From Schizosaccharomyces osmophilus (taxonomy: Eukaryota): DNA of 64,000 nt. A program made the translations under genes and the position numbers. The stretch covers positions 2,232,001 to 2,296,000 of the forward strand of contig NC_079239.1 of the NCBI RefSeq assembly GCF_027921745.1. The letters run 5' to 3'. Below the pieces are notes generated by a model. It saw only the letters and a list, made by a program, of their open reading frames with translations, did not search any database and had not been told where the DNA came from. This document shows, piece by piece, positions 1 to 14,372 of the stretch (position 1 is the first letter of the stretch; each line of letters starts with the position of its first letter).

Positions 1-465
1 GAATGGATCCACAGGCTACGCGATCTATTACCAAAGCAGTTATATGAGGTAGCAATTCAAGCTGTCGTAGAAAGCAAAGTACTAGCTCGATTAAACATTG
101 CAGCTTTACGGAAAAACGTCACTGCTAAATGTTATGGTGGAGATTGGACTCGAAAGCAGAAACTACTAAACAAGCAAAAAGAGGGAAAGAGTCGCCTACG
201 ACAAAGTAGTAATGTTTCAATTGATAAATCGGTAAGTCTTTGATTGCTTATAAATTGTACAAGGATGTTAGGCACTCGTTTTCTACTGGTGTTTTGATAT
301 TCTCGAACGAATACATTTCCAACAGTTACTAACACATCCAGGTATTTTACCAATTTATGATGAAGAAAACATCAAATTAAATCAAAACTACGGAAATAAT
401 AGTTTCTATTTTCGACCTACCTAACAACTTAATATTTAGGCATAGAGTTTACCGACTCTTTGTAC

Positions 466-478
466 TTCTAGAAGCTTC
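466..478 (+). promoter_or_regulatory. Heat shock element (TTCnnGAAnnTTC) upstream of wis2
   Basis: TTCtaGAAgcTTC, three perfect alternating nGAAn units about 230 bp upstream of an Hsp90 co-chaperone gene. Confidence 0.7.
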
Positions 479-709
479 TTAGAAGATTTTATTTCTTAAC
501 CAGCTATTGTATATATTTCGTTGACAAAACAACCGTTCGTTAGGAAAACCAATTTTTGTTTAAATTCATTTAGCGTTCTATTTGCATAAGCAAGAGAGTA
601 TACACCCTGAACTTGATAAATTCAATCTTTACACAGCACAAAAGACATTCTAAACAAACGATCATTTTGCAACAGAATTGAAAGGAAACAAATAAGTTAA
701 TTTACCAAA

Positions 710-1780
710 ATGAGCACTTTTGCCTATTTTAAGATCAGCATTGACAAGAAGGTCCAACCAACGGTTTATTTCGAGTTGTTCGAAAACGTTGTCCCGAAGA
801 CTGTCAAAAACTTTGCTTCACTTTGTGATGGATTTGAAAGAGACGGTCGTGAACTTACTTATAAGGGATCCCGTTTCCACCGTGTCATCAAGCAATTCAT
901 GCTTCAAGGTGGTGATTTTACGCGTGGTAATGGAACTGGCGGAGAAAGCATTTATGGTGAAAAATTTGAAGACGAAAACTTTGAATTAAAGCACGATAAG
1001 CCTTTTTTGTTGTCAATGGCAAATGCAGGACCAAACACTAACGGCTCTCAATTCTTCATTACTACTGTTCCTACTCCTCACTTGGACGGTAAGCATGTAG
1101 TCTTTGGTCGCGTTGTTGGTGGAAAGTCTACCGTCCGTGCTATTGAAAATATGGATACCACTAGCGATGATCCAGTTGTTCCAGTTGTCATTGAAGAGTG
1201 TGGCACTTGCAGCGAAGAGCAAATTGAACCTCCTCAACCTGATATTACTGGCGACGCTCTTGACGAATACCCAGCTGACTATGAGGGCGACAAGTCTGAG
1301 ACTGCTATATTCAAGATTGCTAGTGATTTGAAGAAGATTGGCAATACTCAATTTGCACAACAGAATTTGGACTTGGCTGTTGTCAAATGGCAAAAGGCTT
1401 TACGTTACCTTGCTGAACATCCTGTTCGCAATGACGACTCTCAGCAGCCCGATAAGTTTTGGCAAGAATACTTCAGTCTGAAATACAGTCTTTATCTCAA
1501 TATAGCTCTTATTGCTTTGAAGCAAAACAATGCCAAAGAGGTTATCCGCAATTGCGATATTGTTGTGAATGCCGACGGTGCTACCGTGTTGGAAAAACAA
1601 AAGGCTTACTACCGCCTTGGAAGTGCTCATAGCATTTTGAAGAACTTTGATGAAGCTGAAGAATTTTTGGCAAAAGCTGGGAAAGATGCTGGCGTCACTA
1701 AAAAAATTGCCGAAGTTCGTCAACAAAAGCAAGATTTCAAGAAGCGTCAACAAAAGGCTTTCTCTAAAATGTTTCAGTAA
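710..1780 (+). CDS. wis2: Cyclophilin-40 (PPIase + TPR), Hsp90 co-chaperone
   Basis: 356-aa ORF with cyclophilin motifs ([33 protein letters not shown]) followed by a TPR-like C-terminal half. Confidence 0.95.
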   Translation: MSTFAYFKISIDKKVQPTVYFELFENVVPKTVKNFASLCDGFERDGRELTYKGSRFHRVIKQFMLQGGDFTRGNGTGGESIYGEKFEDENFELKHDKPFLLSMANAGPNTNGSQFFITTVPTPHLDGKHVVFGRVVGGKSTVRAIENMDTTSDDPVVPVVIEECGTCSEEQIEPPQPDITGDALDEYPADYEGDKSETAIFKIASDLKKIGNTQFAQQNLDLAVVKWQKALRYLAEHPVRNDDSQQPDKFWQEYFSLKYSLYLNIALIALKQNNAKEVIRNCDIVVNADGATVLEKQKAYYRLGSAHSILKNFDEAEEFLAKAGKDAGVTKKIAEVRQQKQDFKKRQQKAFSKMFQ

Positions 1781-2329
1781 AACTATTGAGTCAGTATGAA
1801 AAGCAACAAAGTCACGAGCCAAAGGCTAATAATGGTTTATGTTAATAATAAATTTCTTTTTTTTTTTTTTTTTTTTGTTTTTTCTTCATGCTACTGATGT
1901 TTGAATAAATAGATGATGAATGTATGCTCATTTTTTTTAACTACAGACGGAAGAAGTAAGGATAAGGAAGACAGATCCTGCAATTAAGAATAATCATAGA
2001 AAATGAATATGAAAATATTGATTTACCATTCTCTCAGTACCATGATTATGGACTCGTTCGATAGTCCATGGGAAAGGGTACACCGTCGTCTATGATCAGC
2101 CGGAATTGTGCACCAAAAATGTTTAAGAGAAGCTTGAGATTCCACAATTCTATACAGCATGAAATGACAAATGAAAATGTCCTTTCATATGCTCCATTGC
2201 CCTCGTAAAGCTTCTTCCTGCGATCCTAAGACTTTCTCATAATTTGCACTACCCTTCCCCTTCAGAACACGAAAAGGATGCTAAGGCTAATGAAACCTCC
2301 ACCGTAAACAAACACGCGGTAAATTAAAT

Positions 2330-2967
2330 ATGGGAAAAAGAAAGGCAAGCAAAAGAGTTCGCCCTACGAGACGGGCCGCCCCTTTAGAAACGACTGTAAG
2401 AAACCTCTTCTATGAAAAATAAATCTCTTCGTTTGCTAACAGATTGAAGTTTACGTGTTTATTCTGCAACCATGAAAAAAGCGTCAGTTGCACATTGTAT
2501 GGAAAAGCATGAGCTTGAAGAAAGTACAAAGGACTAATTGTGTGAACTAGAGACAAACAATCTGGTGTCGGTAACCTGCATTGTAAGATTTGCGGCCAAA
2601 GCCATCAATGCATTATTACAGGTAAGTCGTATGAATTACAGAGTCAAGGGCTAGCATTCAAGTGAGTTTTGGGTAATTATTCCAAGAGAACGAACAGTAT
2701 AGAAAATCGATAAAATCGGACGTCAAGAGATGGAAGGTCCACGATCTTGGATATGATAGTGGTGGCCTGTGAAAAAATTGGAAACGAAAAAGAATGCGCT
2801 AACATTTTGCTTTAGCTCTTTCCGCACCTATCGATGTGTACAGCGATTGGATTGATGCTTGCGACACTGTAGCTCATCAAGGTCAAGATGATAAAAGTGG
2901 AAATGGTGCTTTCGCTGAGGCAGATGCAGAACATGAAGGCAATTTTTCCCGTGATGAGGGTTATTAA
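2330..2967 (+). CDS. ELOF1: Elf1/ELOF1-family zinc-ribbon transcription elongation factor, 4 exons (2330-2395, 2450-2496, 2551-2621, 2817-2967)
   Basis: Manual splicing with GT/CTAAY/AG signals gives MGKRK...[12 protein letters not shown]...CKICGQ...[15 protein letters not shown]; missed by the ORF track. Confidence 0.93.
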
Positions 2968-3362
2968 GGGTACTAGAAGGGAAAAATCTGGCGACCTTGA
3001 AAAAAGGTATTTCTTTGGAGCATCTTGCGAAGAGAATTGCATCTTCAAAAGTCGTGTTGCGCAACTTTGCTTGTGTTCTAAAGTTACCGAATTTTGCTTT
3101 TATTTTTTTGGACCTACGACACATTTCTTTCTTTGAATTTTATTATTATTTATTCGTTTCTTCCTTATGCAGGTTTGTATTTTATTATTCGCTGGATTTC
3201 CCAAATTCACCCAAACTTGAATAAGGAGTCGAGTTTTTATGATAAATGACATACTGCAATTGTTTTTCATACGTTATATGCATTTCCACGGTGTAACGAA
3301 ATTCGCCGTGTTGTTTTCAAGTTCGTTTTCCAAAGGGAACATCGATTCTACCAAAACCCAAA

Positions 3363-4376
3363 ATGTCACATACAAAAGACCATAAAAATGTTTATGTTTT
3401 AAACCAAACAAATCAGTTGAAAGGTTTATTTACGATCATTCGTGATCGGACGAAGCCTCGTGTAAGTATTGAACGTTAACGCTGGATTTCGCAGCCGCAT
3501 CTACTTTGAGCAAAAGATGCGTTGTAGATGATACGTAAAAGGAAGAAGCATGATACAATGTTTTGTACATAGAAATGAATAAAAGTCTTCTTAAACGGAA
3601 TGGTTCAAGAAGCGAATGAAAAAGAAAAACAACATTTTCTTCAGTTTCTCTTTTGTGTTTTCTGTGATTGATTTCAGCTATTAGAATAAAGAGAACTTTT
3701 ATTTTCTAACGAAATGAGTAGTCAGAATTCATCTTTTATGCAAATAGAATCATTCGTTTAATCGTCGAAGAAGGACTGAATCATCTTCCAGTCTCACCGG
3801 CACAAGTGACGACTGCGCAAAACGTCAAATTTGATGGTGTCGTTTTTGATGGAAGAATTTGCGGTGCTAGCATTATGAGAGCCGGCGAAAGTATGGAGCA
3901 AGGTTTACGGGATTGCTGTCGATCAGTGCGTATTGGCAAGATCTTAATTCAGCGAGACGAAGAGTCTCAAGAGCCTGTCCTTCATTATAAAAAACTACCA
4001 GATGACATTGCCGACCGTTATGTCTTGTTATTAGATCCCATGCTTGCTACTGGTGGTTCTGCCATGTGTGCGATGGACATATTGATCAGTATGGGCTGTA
4101 AGCAGGAACAAATCATATTTCTCAATGTCATCGCTTCTCCAGAAGGCCTCCACAATGTGCACAAGCGTTTCCCAAACATTCGAATCGTGACGGCCGTTAT
4201 TGACGAAGGACTTGATAACAAAGGGTATGGCTAGGCTTTGATGAATTGGAATCTATAACCTTCTTAGCTATTTTTCTGGATAATTTCGTAAACATTTTTA
4301 CTAACCTGATTGTTTAAGTTATATTACTCCTGGACTGGGTGACTTTGGCGACATTTACTTTGGCACAAAAGTTTAA
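3363..4376 (+). CDS. Uracil phosphoribosyltransferase, 3 exons (3363-3461, 3722-4224, 4319-4376)
   Basis: SIMRAGESME, LLDPMLATGGS (PRPP loop) and YITPGLGDFGD motifs; canonical introns keep the frame. Confidence 0.93.
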
Positions 4377-4503
4377 ATAAGGAGATCTACGCAGCTAAGT
4401 ATCATATCAATTCATGAAGTATTTCATGGTATTCATCGTTACATAAATCATATCAGGCTGAAATAACAAAAATCCATTTTAGTATGAAACCACTGAGTGC
4501 TTC

Positions 4504-4883
4504 TCAAGCCGCGAGTTGACGATTTCCAGATACTGTATCCCGTTGTTGTTGTTCTCGAATTGTCCAAGAGGGTCTTCGGCGTATCTAATTCAAGCATGTC
4601 TTAGTAAAACTCGTTCTTTTGTCTTTCCGTTTTCTTTAATCTTGGTCTTGGTCTTGGTGTTTCTTCTTACCTCTGGATCAGCAACCAATTTATAACCCAT
4701 CGTAAATATAGCTGTGCAGCCCGCCGTTCCAATTAAAATGGCTAAATGAAAGAAAATCTTTGTTAGTCAACCCGTTCTGTATCAAGCTATGTAGTCAATG
4801 GCTAGCTTACCTAGAGGTTTCAACTCCATAGGCATCTTCTTGAATGCATTGTAAGGCTTCATAATCTTATTCATCATGCTCAT
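4504..4883 (-). CDS. Small single-pass NDUFA4/COXFA4 (MLRQ)-like protein, 74 aa, 3 exons (4883-4811, 4741-4671, 4584-4504)
   Basis: Spliced product ...[38 protein letters not shown]...; clean GTAAG/CTAA/TAG signals with frame preserved; family assigned from the recalled E-x-x-PL...K-x-x-x-DPE pattern. Confidence 0.7.
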
Positions 4884-5639
4884 TGTTAAAATGTATTCGT
4901 CAATCTGTGGGTTCCAACTTCATTTACATTATATATATAAACATTCTTGTTTTTCAAGTTTCTATCGTCATCATCATGTCCTGTGGCCAAAAGGTATTTT
5001 CGTCAATACGAATATGATAAACCTAAGTATTTTTTTTTTTTTTGAACATAGAGAACGTTAGTGTAAGTGAAATCATTTTTTTGTGCATGTCATCTCGAGC
5101 AATGAAGTTTGTCAGAGCAATTGGTCTTTAGCATTAGAGCAAATGCTTAATTGACATTGATGAATGAAGTGGTTATAAAGACAAGATAAACTGTCAAAAA
5201 TATATTTGCTCTCACCATTTACATTATTGCCCCAGCAGATTTTACAGACGTGACTTATGTTTGTCCAACCAATTTGAATCAATGTATCAATGTAAGAGAA
5301 TACAGTGAAAACTAAAAAAAGCAGAAGAGAAAACCACCGGCAATAATAAAACAGTTGAAAATTAAAAAAAAGGTAATGCTTGATTGCTATTGAAATGGAA
5401 GCATTCTATATTTCTGATTACTACGTTTTCCTTCAATCATACCCACCCGTTTCATAGAGTAGCAATATGTTTGTTTAGTAAAAATTAGATCCTTTCCTTG
5501 CCGTTTTTTATTTATTTTTTCTTACATACAGATTTAAAATGTAAAATCTTCATAATCTACTCAACGTTGCAAAAAGGAGGAATTATGTTCATTGAATTCC
5601 TGTACACCCGAGTTTTCCTCTTTTATCTGAAGACCTGGT

Positions 5640-7068
<1,429 letters not shown>

Positions 7069-9144
7069 TCTGGGTGTTGTTGGTAAAAAGCAGACCTCGA
7101 AGGGCAGACATGTCAAAATGTAGGAAGGTACGTGAATAGCAAAACTTTTTGCGAGAGTAGAGGAGAATGATTAATGATTGCTTTTTCTCAAATCCGTGGC
7201 ATTGATGGCTATAAAAAAGTTTTCATAGACTAGGAACGAATCATTTCAAAAACCGGATATTAATGTACAAAGGAAGGCCTCTTTTCTGAGGGGCATTGTT
7301 TATAAGGAGAATTCATTCGTTTTGCCGTCTTACCTTCGTTTCCCTCTTATTAGAGCAGTTTCTCTTCCTTCATTAATGATGCTTTTCTTTTGGGATTACG
7401 CCGCAGGAAAAGTGGTTTGAACTTGTACATAGACAAATTTATGAAGATGGCTTCGTGTATATCTCTTTGTTGGATGAGCAGCTATGGATATTTTTGATCT
7501 AAGACTGCACCATTGTTTGGTGCCATCATGATCCATGCCTTTTGAAGAGTCTCAGTTAGCTTGGTTTTTCTTTTCAGACTTATCTTTTTCATTACTATTT
7601 ATTTTCTACAAAAGCATTTTATTTTCGGGTTGTGGGCTTCTAACGCGTAATCTTTTGTTGGATACATTAGACAAGACTGCTAGTCAGAAACTTCCTATAT
7701 TTACAACCAAAGGGATTTTGATTACCTTCTATTAATGCAAAGCTGTATTATATACATGCAGTTACTACTGAGAGATACGTTGAAAAGTTTCGAGATTGAG
7801 TAGACCTTGAAAATTATAATGTGGAAACAAACGGGAAATCGCTTCTTCCCTTTGATTGAATTAATCAAAAGTTCGCCAAAAAAAATTATTTGTCGCATGT
7901 TTTTGGTGTGAGTAAATTTCGATTGAAAAATCGATATGAATTTCTCTAGTCTGTCTATAGAAAGTTTAACAAAAGACAAGAAGCAGGTTGCTTGATCTAT
8001 ATATTTTTTCGCTTTTTATCCGGTTTTTGTTTAATTGTGAGGCAAACAAAAGCTCGAACAGTACAAAAGGTCAGATGCCATACAATAGAGTTACATAAAA
8101 TCCAGATTTGGCAACCATTTCTGTTATTTGTGTTTCTCGTACCTTTCCAACATTCAAAAACAATTATGGATTAATGATTGTATAGGACATGTAAGAAACA
8201 GAACCTGGTCTTAGACAATTCTTCAGATTCTCAAATCATAAAACGATCGAAGGAAGCAACGGATCTAATTTGTAGGCCACTTTACCCAAGTGTGTTTTTC
8301 TTTGTTGTGTTTTTCAAATACACATATAATTTTGAACACCTGCAACTGCGATACAATATAAAAAGCAACATCTTGCTGATCCTCGATCCAAATGGTGACT
8401 CTCTAGAGTAATCGTAATACAGCGGACTGTGAAAGAAAAACAGATAATTTTATTTTTATTTCTGTTTCCCTTTCTATTTCATTATACCCATCTTTCTACG
8501 ACAGTATTCAGGAGCACAATTAGATCACCATTGCCGCTTTTAGAAAGCCACACAATAGGAAGACAAATTGTCAGCGTATAAGCTTGATAAATGTACATTA
8601 TTAATTACTATCGCTGTTGTTATTTAGTCATTTTTTCGCATTTGTTTTTACTTTTGCTTGTGTTCATTCAAAGTAGCACGATACTCTTCAGGTCACAAGG
8701 TCCATGGTTTCTTCGTACAAGACTCTCATAAAAGCTTAGGAATGAGCTAAAAATGAGAAACTACGAAGCTCTTTTTGAAGTAAGGGTCTTGCTGCTTTGC
8801 TGCAGGAAAAGAAAGAAATCACGAAATACTTGGTTCAGCACAATGTAAGCTTCACTGAGTATCCAATTCCCTGAAATTTTGACCAAATCTGACCAAATCT
8901 TTTCATCTTAAAACTAAAATAGCTTGCATATCTAAAGCAGTTTTGGTAATTATACTATTTAGTCAAAGAAACAAAGCATTAATTTTATATCTATTTCCCT
9001 AAATTACTGCATAGCGGTATAGTGTCTTATCTAGGAAAGTGGAGTCTAACACGTACTTCAGTAAACGATGTTCTCTCAGGGAAAGGCGAGTTTCAATTTA
9101 CCTTCAGCACAAAACCCAGGCATTTTGTAGGGATTCTATCCTCA

Positions 9145-12100
9145 ATGAATCAGGTTCGTGGGTCTTTAGAGAATGATCTTCTCAAACTTCGAAGTCTTCC
9201 TTCTAAAGGAAATATCAATGAGTTTGACATCCTTGTAAGCGCAATTGAAAGTACGCTGCAAGAGCAAAAAACAAATCCCTCACCTACCGCGTATTTGGTT
9301 GCGTTACTGTCTCTTATTAAAGAAATCAACGATTTAAACAAAGGCATGCGGGTTCAGTCATTCCAATTACTAGAAGTCATCGTAAAACATGTTACTCCTA
9401 ATGTTTTGCAGGCAAAACTGCCCCAAATCATGTCGATTCTTGTTCCTATCGTGAGCAGAGAAGAGTCTAACAAGATTCTTTTTATACACTATTTAAATGT
9501 CATTGAGCGACTTTTAATCACTCAAGATTATAGTTCTTGGATCAAGGGTGATTCTTGCAAAACTGCAATTTACATTCTTCTCTTTTTTGCGTTATCGGCG
9601 GCTGAAAAGCCTAGATCTCGCGCATTACAAGTTCTTTCAAAGGTTTTAAAATCACCACCTCCGGGTCCTGTTTTTGAACATCCGGCTATGAAGTACGTTA
9701 CTGACGAACCATTACGTTTGTTGGAAGCTCTCTCCGTGGCTAGAAAGTCAAAGACTCCTGCAGAAATTCAACGGTTGAATCATGGTCTTCTTCTTGTTCG
9801 CACTATCTGCTTGTCTGCCCCTTGGCCGTCCGCATACCTCACGAGATTATGCAATGTTTGCATTCAAATTGTTGAGCAACGCAGCACACAGTCTATTTAC
9901 CTAGTTTTCCAGATATATGAAGGCCTCTGCAAAACGTTTTCAGATACCACGAACTTTGAGGGACTCCGGTTGGCTCTCACCACTCTACAAAAGCTTCAAC
10001 CCTCCGAATATGATTCTCAGCTTTTGGTCCCATGGTTGAAGGCCATGAATAGCGCTATTGAGTCTTCAAACGGTCTTTCCAAACCTGAAGCTGTGTCGGA
10101 CTGTGTTACTAGATTTTCCCGCGTTTTTACTTTGCTTGAGTCGGATGCCGTCGAAGTACGCTTAGAGACTGCTAATACCTTATCGACCATAGTAAGTTGC
10201 TTAGACAATTCACCAGGATCTCTTTCCGTCGCATCTCAACTTTGTAACCAGTTATGTGAAGCTCTTAAAAGTGTTCATTACCGCTTTGCTTATCCCGAGT
10301 GTTTTCAAATCATTTCTCGATTATGTGAAACCATCGGAAAGGGTAGTGATCCTGTTTTGATTCCGGCTTTGGGACTTATTGACTACCTTCGCGGTGCTGA
10401 AACATTTGACGGAAAGGTTTTAGCAGATGAGGTTATAGGTACTTTTGTTCGCGTTCTTGGACCTGAAACCGTTTTGGATGTGCTTCCTCTAAACTTGGAA
10501 ATGCAGACTGCCAACGCTGTTGGTCGAGCTTGGCTTCTTCCAGTTTTGCGAGATAACATAATGTTTACGAATCTTTCGCATTTTAGTAACTACTTCATTC
10601 CCCTCAGTGGATCCCTTTACCAAAAGATTTTGGATATGGAAGATCTTGACAGTGTTCCCGCAAAATTATACCAAACACTCGTTGATCAAATGTGGGCGTT
10701 GCTACCTGGTTATTGCTATCTTCCGGTAGATTTACAACAAGCCTTCACGAATGAATTTGCTGGTATCCTTGTAAATGTTTTATACGAACAAGTTAGTTTG
10801 CGATCAACAATCTGCAACAGTTTAACCTTATTAATTGAAACAAACCATAAGGCCGCAAATAGCGTTCCTCTTGAGGCTGGTATTCCAGTGCCGTTGGATA
10901 CCCAAGAAGCTTCCAACAATTTGCAATTTTTGGGCGGCATTGCTTCCAACTTTCTCTCTGTCTTATTGAATGTCTTCTCCTCTACTTCTTCTCAATTCCG
11001 TTACCCTATTTTAAAGTGCATCCAAACGTGGCTTTCCATCTCTCCACCCGATACAGTTTCTTCTATTTACAGAAAGATTACTGATCTTCTTCCTAACAGT
11101 TTAGATGAGTTAGCTGGCTCTTATAAAATATCGGGTGATAGTAATGCAACGCCTATGGCTTATTCTTTGATGGACTTGCTCGTTGTTTTACCCTCATTTT
11201 TGAATCAAGAATACTGTCCTGCATTGTTTAATTATGTTCAAGAGTTCTTAAATCATCGGGATGCGGCAATCCAGAAAAAAGGTTACAAATTGTTGTCTGC
11301 TATGTTACGCACAGAATTTGGCAGAGGATACGCAAATCTGAATATGGTTAACGTTTTTGAGTTGTTGTTTAGTGTCTCTAGTCGCGTCATTTCTTCCACT
11401 CGTAAGGATCGGTTGGTCAGTTTAACAGAACTATTCAAAATCCAATCTGATGAACTTAATAGCGTTATTCCTAAGGTACTTCCGGAAGCGATCATCGCAA
11501 CCAAAGAAGTTAATGAAAGGGCTCGTTCTGCTGCTTTCCAACTTTTGATGACAATTGCTGCTTCCGCGGTGCAGTCTAATCTTTTCGGCGACTCGACTCC
11601 AGTAAGAGTGGAGAAGTTCCTTTCGGTTATTAGTGCTGGTTTAGCAGGCTCATCTACTCACATGATTAGCGCTGCTATTATTGCAATTTCAAGTGTGGTG
11701 CTTGAATACAAGGAGTTTCTCACGCAACATTTTTTGCTTGAATTGATGAATACTATGAATCTGTTCATGACATCTGCAAATAGAGAAATTGCAAAAGCAG
11801 CTATCGACTTTACTAAGATTGCTAGCTCTACCTTGCCTTCAGATTTCGTAAAACCGCTTCTTCCTGATCTTGTTCCTAATCTTTTGTCGTGGTCCCATGA
11901 AAGCAAGGGCCATTTCCGTGCCAAGGTTAAGCATATTCTAGAGAAGATGGTTCGGAAGTTCGGTTTTGCAGCCGTGGAGCCATATGTGCCGGTTGCTGAC
12001 AAGAAGCTTATTTCGAATATACGGAAAACACAAGAGCGTAAGTTGCGTCAGCGTGGCCAGAAACGTGAAGAGAAGCCTGCAACAAACATGCCCCGTAAGA

Positions 12101-12645
12101 GTTTCGCTTCCGCTTATGAGCAGGCTGTTTACGACACAGACAGTGAGGAAGAGGAAGAAGATGTGGACGAAACTATGGAAGATGCTAACAATACGAGATT
12201 GGAGAAATCATATGTTAAAGAAGATGGTGAAGATGAACCATTGGATTTGCTGGATATAGAAGCTATCTCTAAAATTTCGTCCACTGATCCCTCGCAACAA
12301 AATAAGCGCAAACAAGTGGCTCCTAGTTCTTCGTTCAAATCGAATGAAGAAGGCCTTTTGCTGTTTGATGAGTCCGAATCGGAATCCGACGGTGACGAAG
12401 GGCTCATTGGTGCAAAAGAGCATGCTGAAGTCAATCGACAATATATGGAAGCAGTTTCTGGTGAGGCAAGTTTCCAGCGAGGATTAAACAATAAAGTCAA
12501 ATTTAGCAACAAGCGCGTCCGCGATGATTTTGATGAAGATATGGAGGATGCTGATGGCACAAATTCTTCGAAGAAATTGCAGCAAGCTAAAAAGACATCC
12601 TCGAAAAACCGCAGCAAAAAGCAGAAAAAGCCAAGGGGGCATTAA
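9145..12645 (+). CDS. rrp12: Ribosome biogenesis HEAT-repeat protein Rrp12
   Basis: About 1166 aa from the first ATG; NUC173-like region (RAWLLPVLRD, LWALLPGYC-like) and an acidic/basic tail. Confidence 0.9.
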   Translation: MNQVRGSLENDLLKLRSLPSKGNINEFDILVSAIESTLQEQKTNPSPTAYLVALLSLIKEINDLNKGMRVQSFQLLEVIVKHVTPNVLQAKLPQIMSILVPIVSREESNKILFIHYLNVIERLLITQDYSSWIKGDSCKTAIYILLFFALSAAEKPRSRALQVLSKVLKSPPPGPVFEHPAMKYVTDEPLRLLEALSVARKSKTPAEIQRLNHGLLLVRTICLSAPWPSAYLTRLCNVCIQIVEQRSTQSIYLVFQIYEGLCKTFSDTTNFEGLRLALTTLQKLQPSEYDSQLLVPWLKAMNSAIESSNGLSKPEAVSDCVTRFSRVFTLLESDAVEVRLETANTLSTIVSCLDNSPGSLSVASQLCNQLCEALKSVHYRFAYPECFQIISRLCETIGKGSDPVLIPALGLIDYLRGAETFDGKVLADEVIGTFVRVLGPETVLDVLPLNLEMQTANAVGRAWLLPVLRDNIMFTNLSHFSNYFIPLSGSLYQKILDMEDLDSVPAKLYQTLVDQMWALLPGYCYLPVDLQQAFTNEFAGILVNVLYEQVSLRSTICNSLTLLIETNHKAANSVPLEAGIPVPLDTQEASNNLQFLGGIASNFLSVLLNVFSSTSSQFRYPILKCIQTWLSISPPDTVSSIYRKITDLLPNSLDELAGSYKISGDSNATPMAYSLMDLLVVLPSFLNQEYCPALFNYVQEFLNHRDAAIQKKGYKLLSAMLRTEFGRGYANLNMVNVFELLFSVSSRVISSTRKDRLVSLTELFKIQSDELNSVIPKVLPEAIIATKEVNERARSAAFQLLMTIAASAVQSNLFGDSTPVRVEKFLSVISAGLAGSSTHMISAAIIAISSVVLEYKEFLTQHFLLELMNTMNLFMTSANREIAKAAIDFTKIASSTLPSDFVKPLLPDLVPNLLSWSHESKGHFRAKVKHILEKMVRKFGFAAVEPYVPVADKKLISNIRKTQERKLRQRGQKREEKPATNMPRKSFASAYEQAVYDTDSEEEEEDVDETMEDANNTRLEKSYVKEDGEDEPLDLLDIEAISKISSTDPSQQNKRKQVAPSSSFKSNEEGLLLFDESESESDGDEGLIGAKEHAEVNRQYMEAVSGEASFQRGLNNKVKFSNKRVRDDFDEDMEDADGTNSSKKLQQAKKTSSKNRSKKQKKPRGH

Positions 12646-13128
12646 AGAGAAATACTTACATTTTGGTAATCATTGTATCTTATCCAATTGGTCTTTGCTT
12701 TAGACTACCATGGATTTGATTTGTTTATTCATACACTGGCAAAAATGTTTTATTTTCGGATACATTTGGGGTGGGTTTAATACGGTTTTTTGAATAAAGG
12801 AATATAAATTTTAATCAAAATTTAATAGAAAAAGGTTTTTCTTTAAGAATCATTGTCTTAGATTTACTTTTTAGTTATGACATGTATGTATCAATGAACA
12901 AAGCTGAAGTCTGAAGTGACCTGGTATGTGGCATCAATATGCCAACAGTCTATTGATCGCATTGGGCTTGTTCTAAGTTTGATAGAATTCATTTTCTGTT
13001 TTTACAATAATCAACTAGACGAACATATTGAATTTTTTACACATTTACAGATAATTTGGATAGGCCGTTGTGTTAGTGCTCGTTATCCATTTAGATAGCA
13101 CATGTGTGTTTCAGCACGGTACAAAAAC

Positions 13129-13136
13129 CAGTCACA
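13129..13136 (+). promoter_or_regulatory. Homol-D box CAGTCACA (ribosomal protein promoter)
   Basis: Exact consensus 70 bp upstream of the rpl3 ATG. Confidence 0.8.
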
Positions 13137-13205
13137 AATTTGTGTCCACAAATTTCTTATTGCGCAACACTGTCCTTTACAGAATATCCTCACCAAGGTA
13201 CCACC

Positions 13206-14372
13206 ATGTCTCATTGTAAATACGAGCATCCTCGTCTCGGTTCCCTTGGCTTTTTGCCCCGTAAGCGTGCCTCCCGTGTTCGCGGTAAAGTGAAGGCTTT
13301 CCCTAAGGATGATTCTTCCAAGCCTGTTCACTTGACTGCTTTCCTTGGTTACAAGGCCGGTATGACTCACATTGTCCGTGATCTTGACCGTCCTGGCTCC
13401 AAGATGCACAAGCGTGAGATCCTTGAGGCTGTTACTGTTATCGAGACTCCTCCCATGGTGGTTGTTGGTGTCGTTGGTTATGTCGAGACTCCCCGTGGTC
13501 TCCGCTCTCTCACCACTGTCTGGGCTGAGCACTTGTCTGAAGAAGTCAAGCGCCGCTTTTACAAGAACTGGTTCAAGAGTAAGAAGAAGGCTTTCACCAA
13601 GTACGCCAAGAAGTACTCCGAGAACACTCAATCTCTTTCTCGTGAGCTCGAGCGTATCAAGAAGTACTGCTCCGTTGTCCGTGTCCTTGCCCACACTCAA
13701 ATCCGTAAGACCCCTCTTGCTCAAAAGAAGGCCCACCTTATGGAGGTTCAAATCAACGGTGGTTCCGTTTCCGACAAGGTTGAATGGGCCCGTGAGCACT
13801 TCGAAAAGACCGTCGACGTCAAGTCCACCTTTGAGCAAAACGAAATCGTCGATATCATTGGTGTCACTCGCGGTAAGGGTGCCGAAGGTACCACTGGCCG
13901 TTGGGGTACTAAGCACCTTCCTCGTAAGACTCACCGTGGTCTTCGTAAGGTTGCTTGTATCGGTGCTTGGCACCCTGCCAACGTCCAATGGACTGTTCCC
14001 CGTGCCGGTAACGCCGGTTACATGCACCGTACCCAATTGAACTCCAAGATCTACCGCGTTGGTGCTGGTGAAGACGGCAAGAACGCTTCTACTGACTTTG
14101 ATGCCACCGAGAAGCGTATCACTCCTATGGGTGGATTTGTTCGCTATGGTGCTGTAGACAACGACTACATCATGTTGAACGGTGCTACTCCCGGTCCCGT
14201 TAAGCGTATCATGACCATCCGTAAGTCTCTCATTACCCACACTTCTCGTAAGGCTTTGGAGGATGTTAACCTCAAATGGATTGACACTGCTTCCAAGTTT
14301 GGCCATGGACGTTTCCAGACCCCTGCCGAAGCCAGACAATTTATGGGTACCTTCAAGAAGGATATTGCTTAA
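13206..14372 (+). CDS. rpl302: 60S ribosomal protein L3
   Basis: [21 protein letters not shown] start, 388 aa, strong codon bias; paralogue number inferred from the rrp12 neighbourhood. Confidence 0.96.
   Translation: MSHCKYEHPRLGSLGFLPRKRASRVRGKVKAFPKDDSSKPVHLTAFLGYKAGMTHIVRDLDRPGSKMHKREILEAVTVIETPPMVVVGVVGYVETPRGLRSLTTVWAEHLSEEVKRRFYKNWFKSKKKAFTKYAKKYSENTQSLSRELERIKKYCSVVRVLAHTQIRKTPLAQKKAHLMEVQINGGSVSDKVEWAREHFEKTVDVKSTFEQNEIVDIIGVTRGKGAEGTTGRWGTKHLPRKTHRGLRKVACIGAWHPANVQWTVPRAGNAGYMHRTQLNSKIYRVGAGEDGKNASTDFDATEKRITPMGGFVRYGAVDNDYIMLNGATPGPVKRIMTIRKSLITHTSRKALEDVNLKWIDTASKFGHGRFQTPAEARQFMGTFKKDIA

Noticed and set aside
9022..9144. N-terminal extension of rrp12 from GTG (similar extensions on rpl3, med11, rna15, the WW gene and mal1)
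   Set aside because: Artefact of allowing GTG/TTG starts; the first ATG gives the expected eukaryotic protein.
13083..14339. 418-aa antisense ORF (and 222-aa alternative-frame ORF) over rpl3
   Set aside because: Expected shadow of extreme codon bias in a highly expressed gene; non-ATG start and no motifs.
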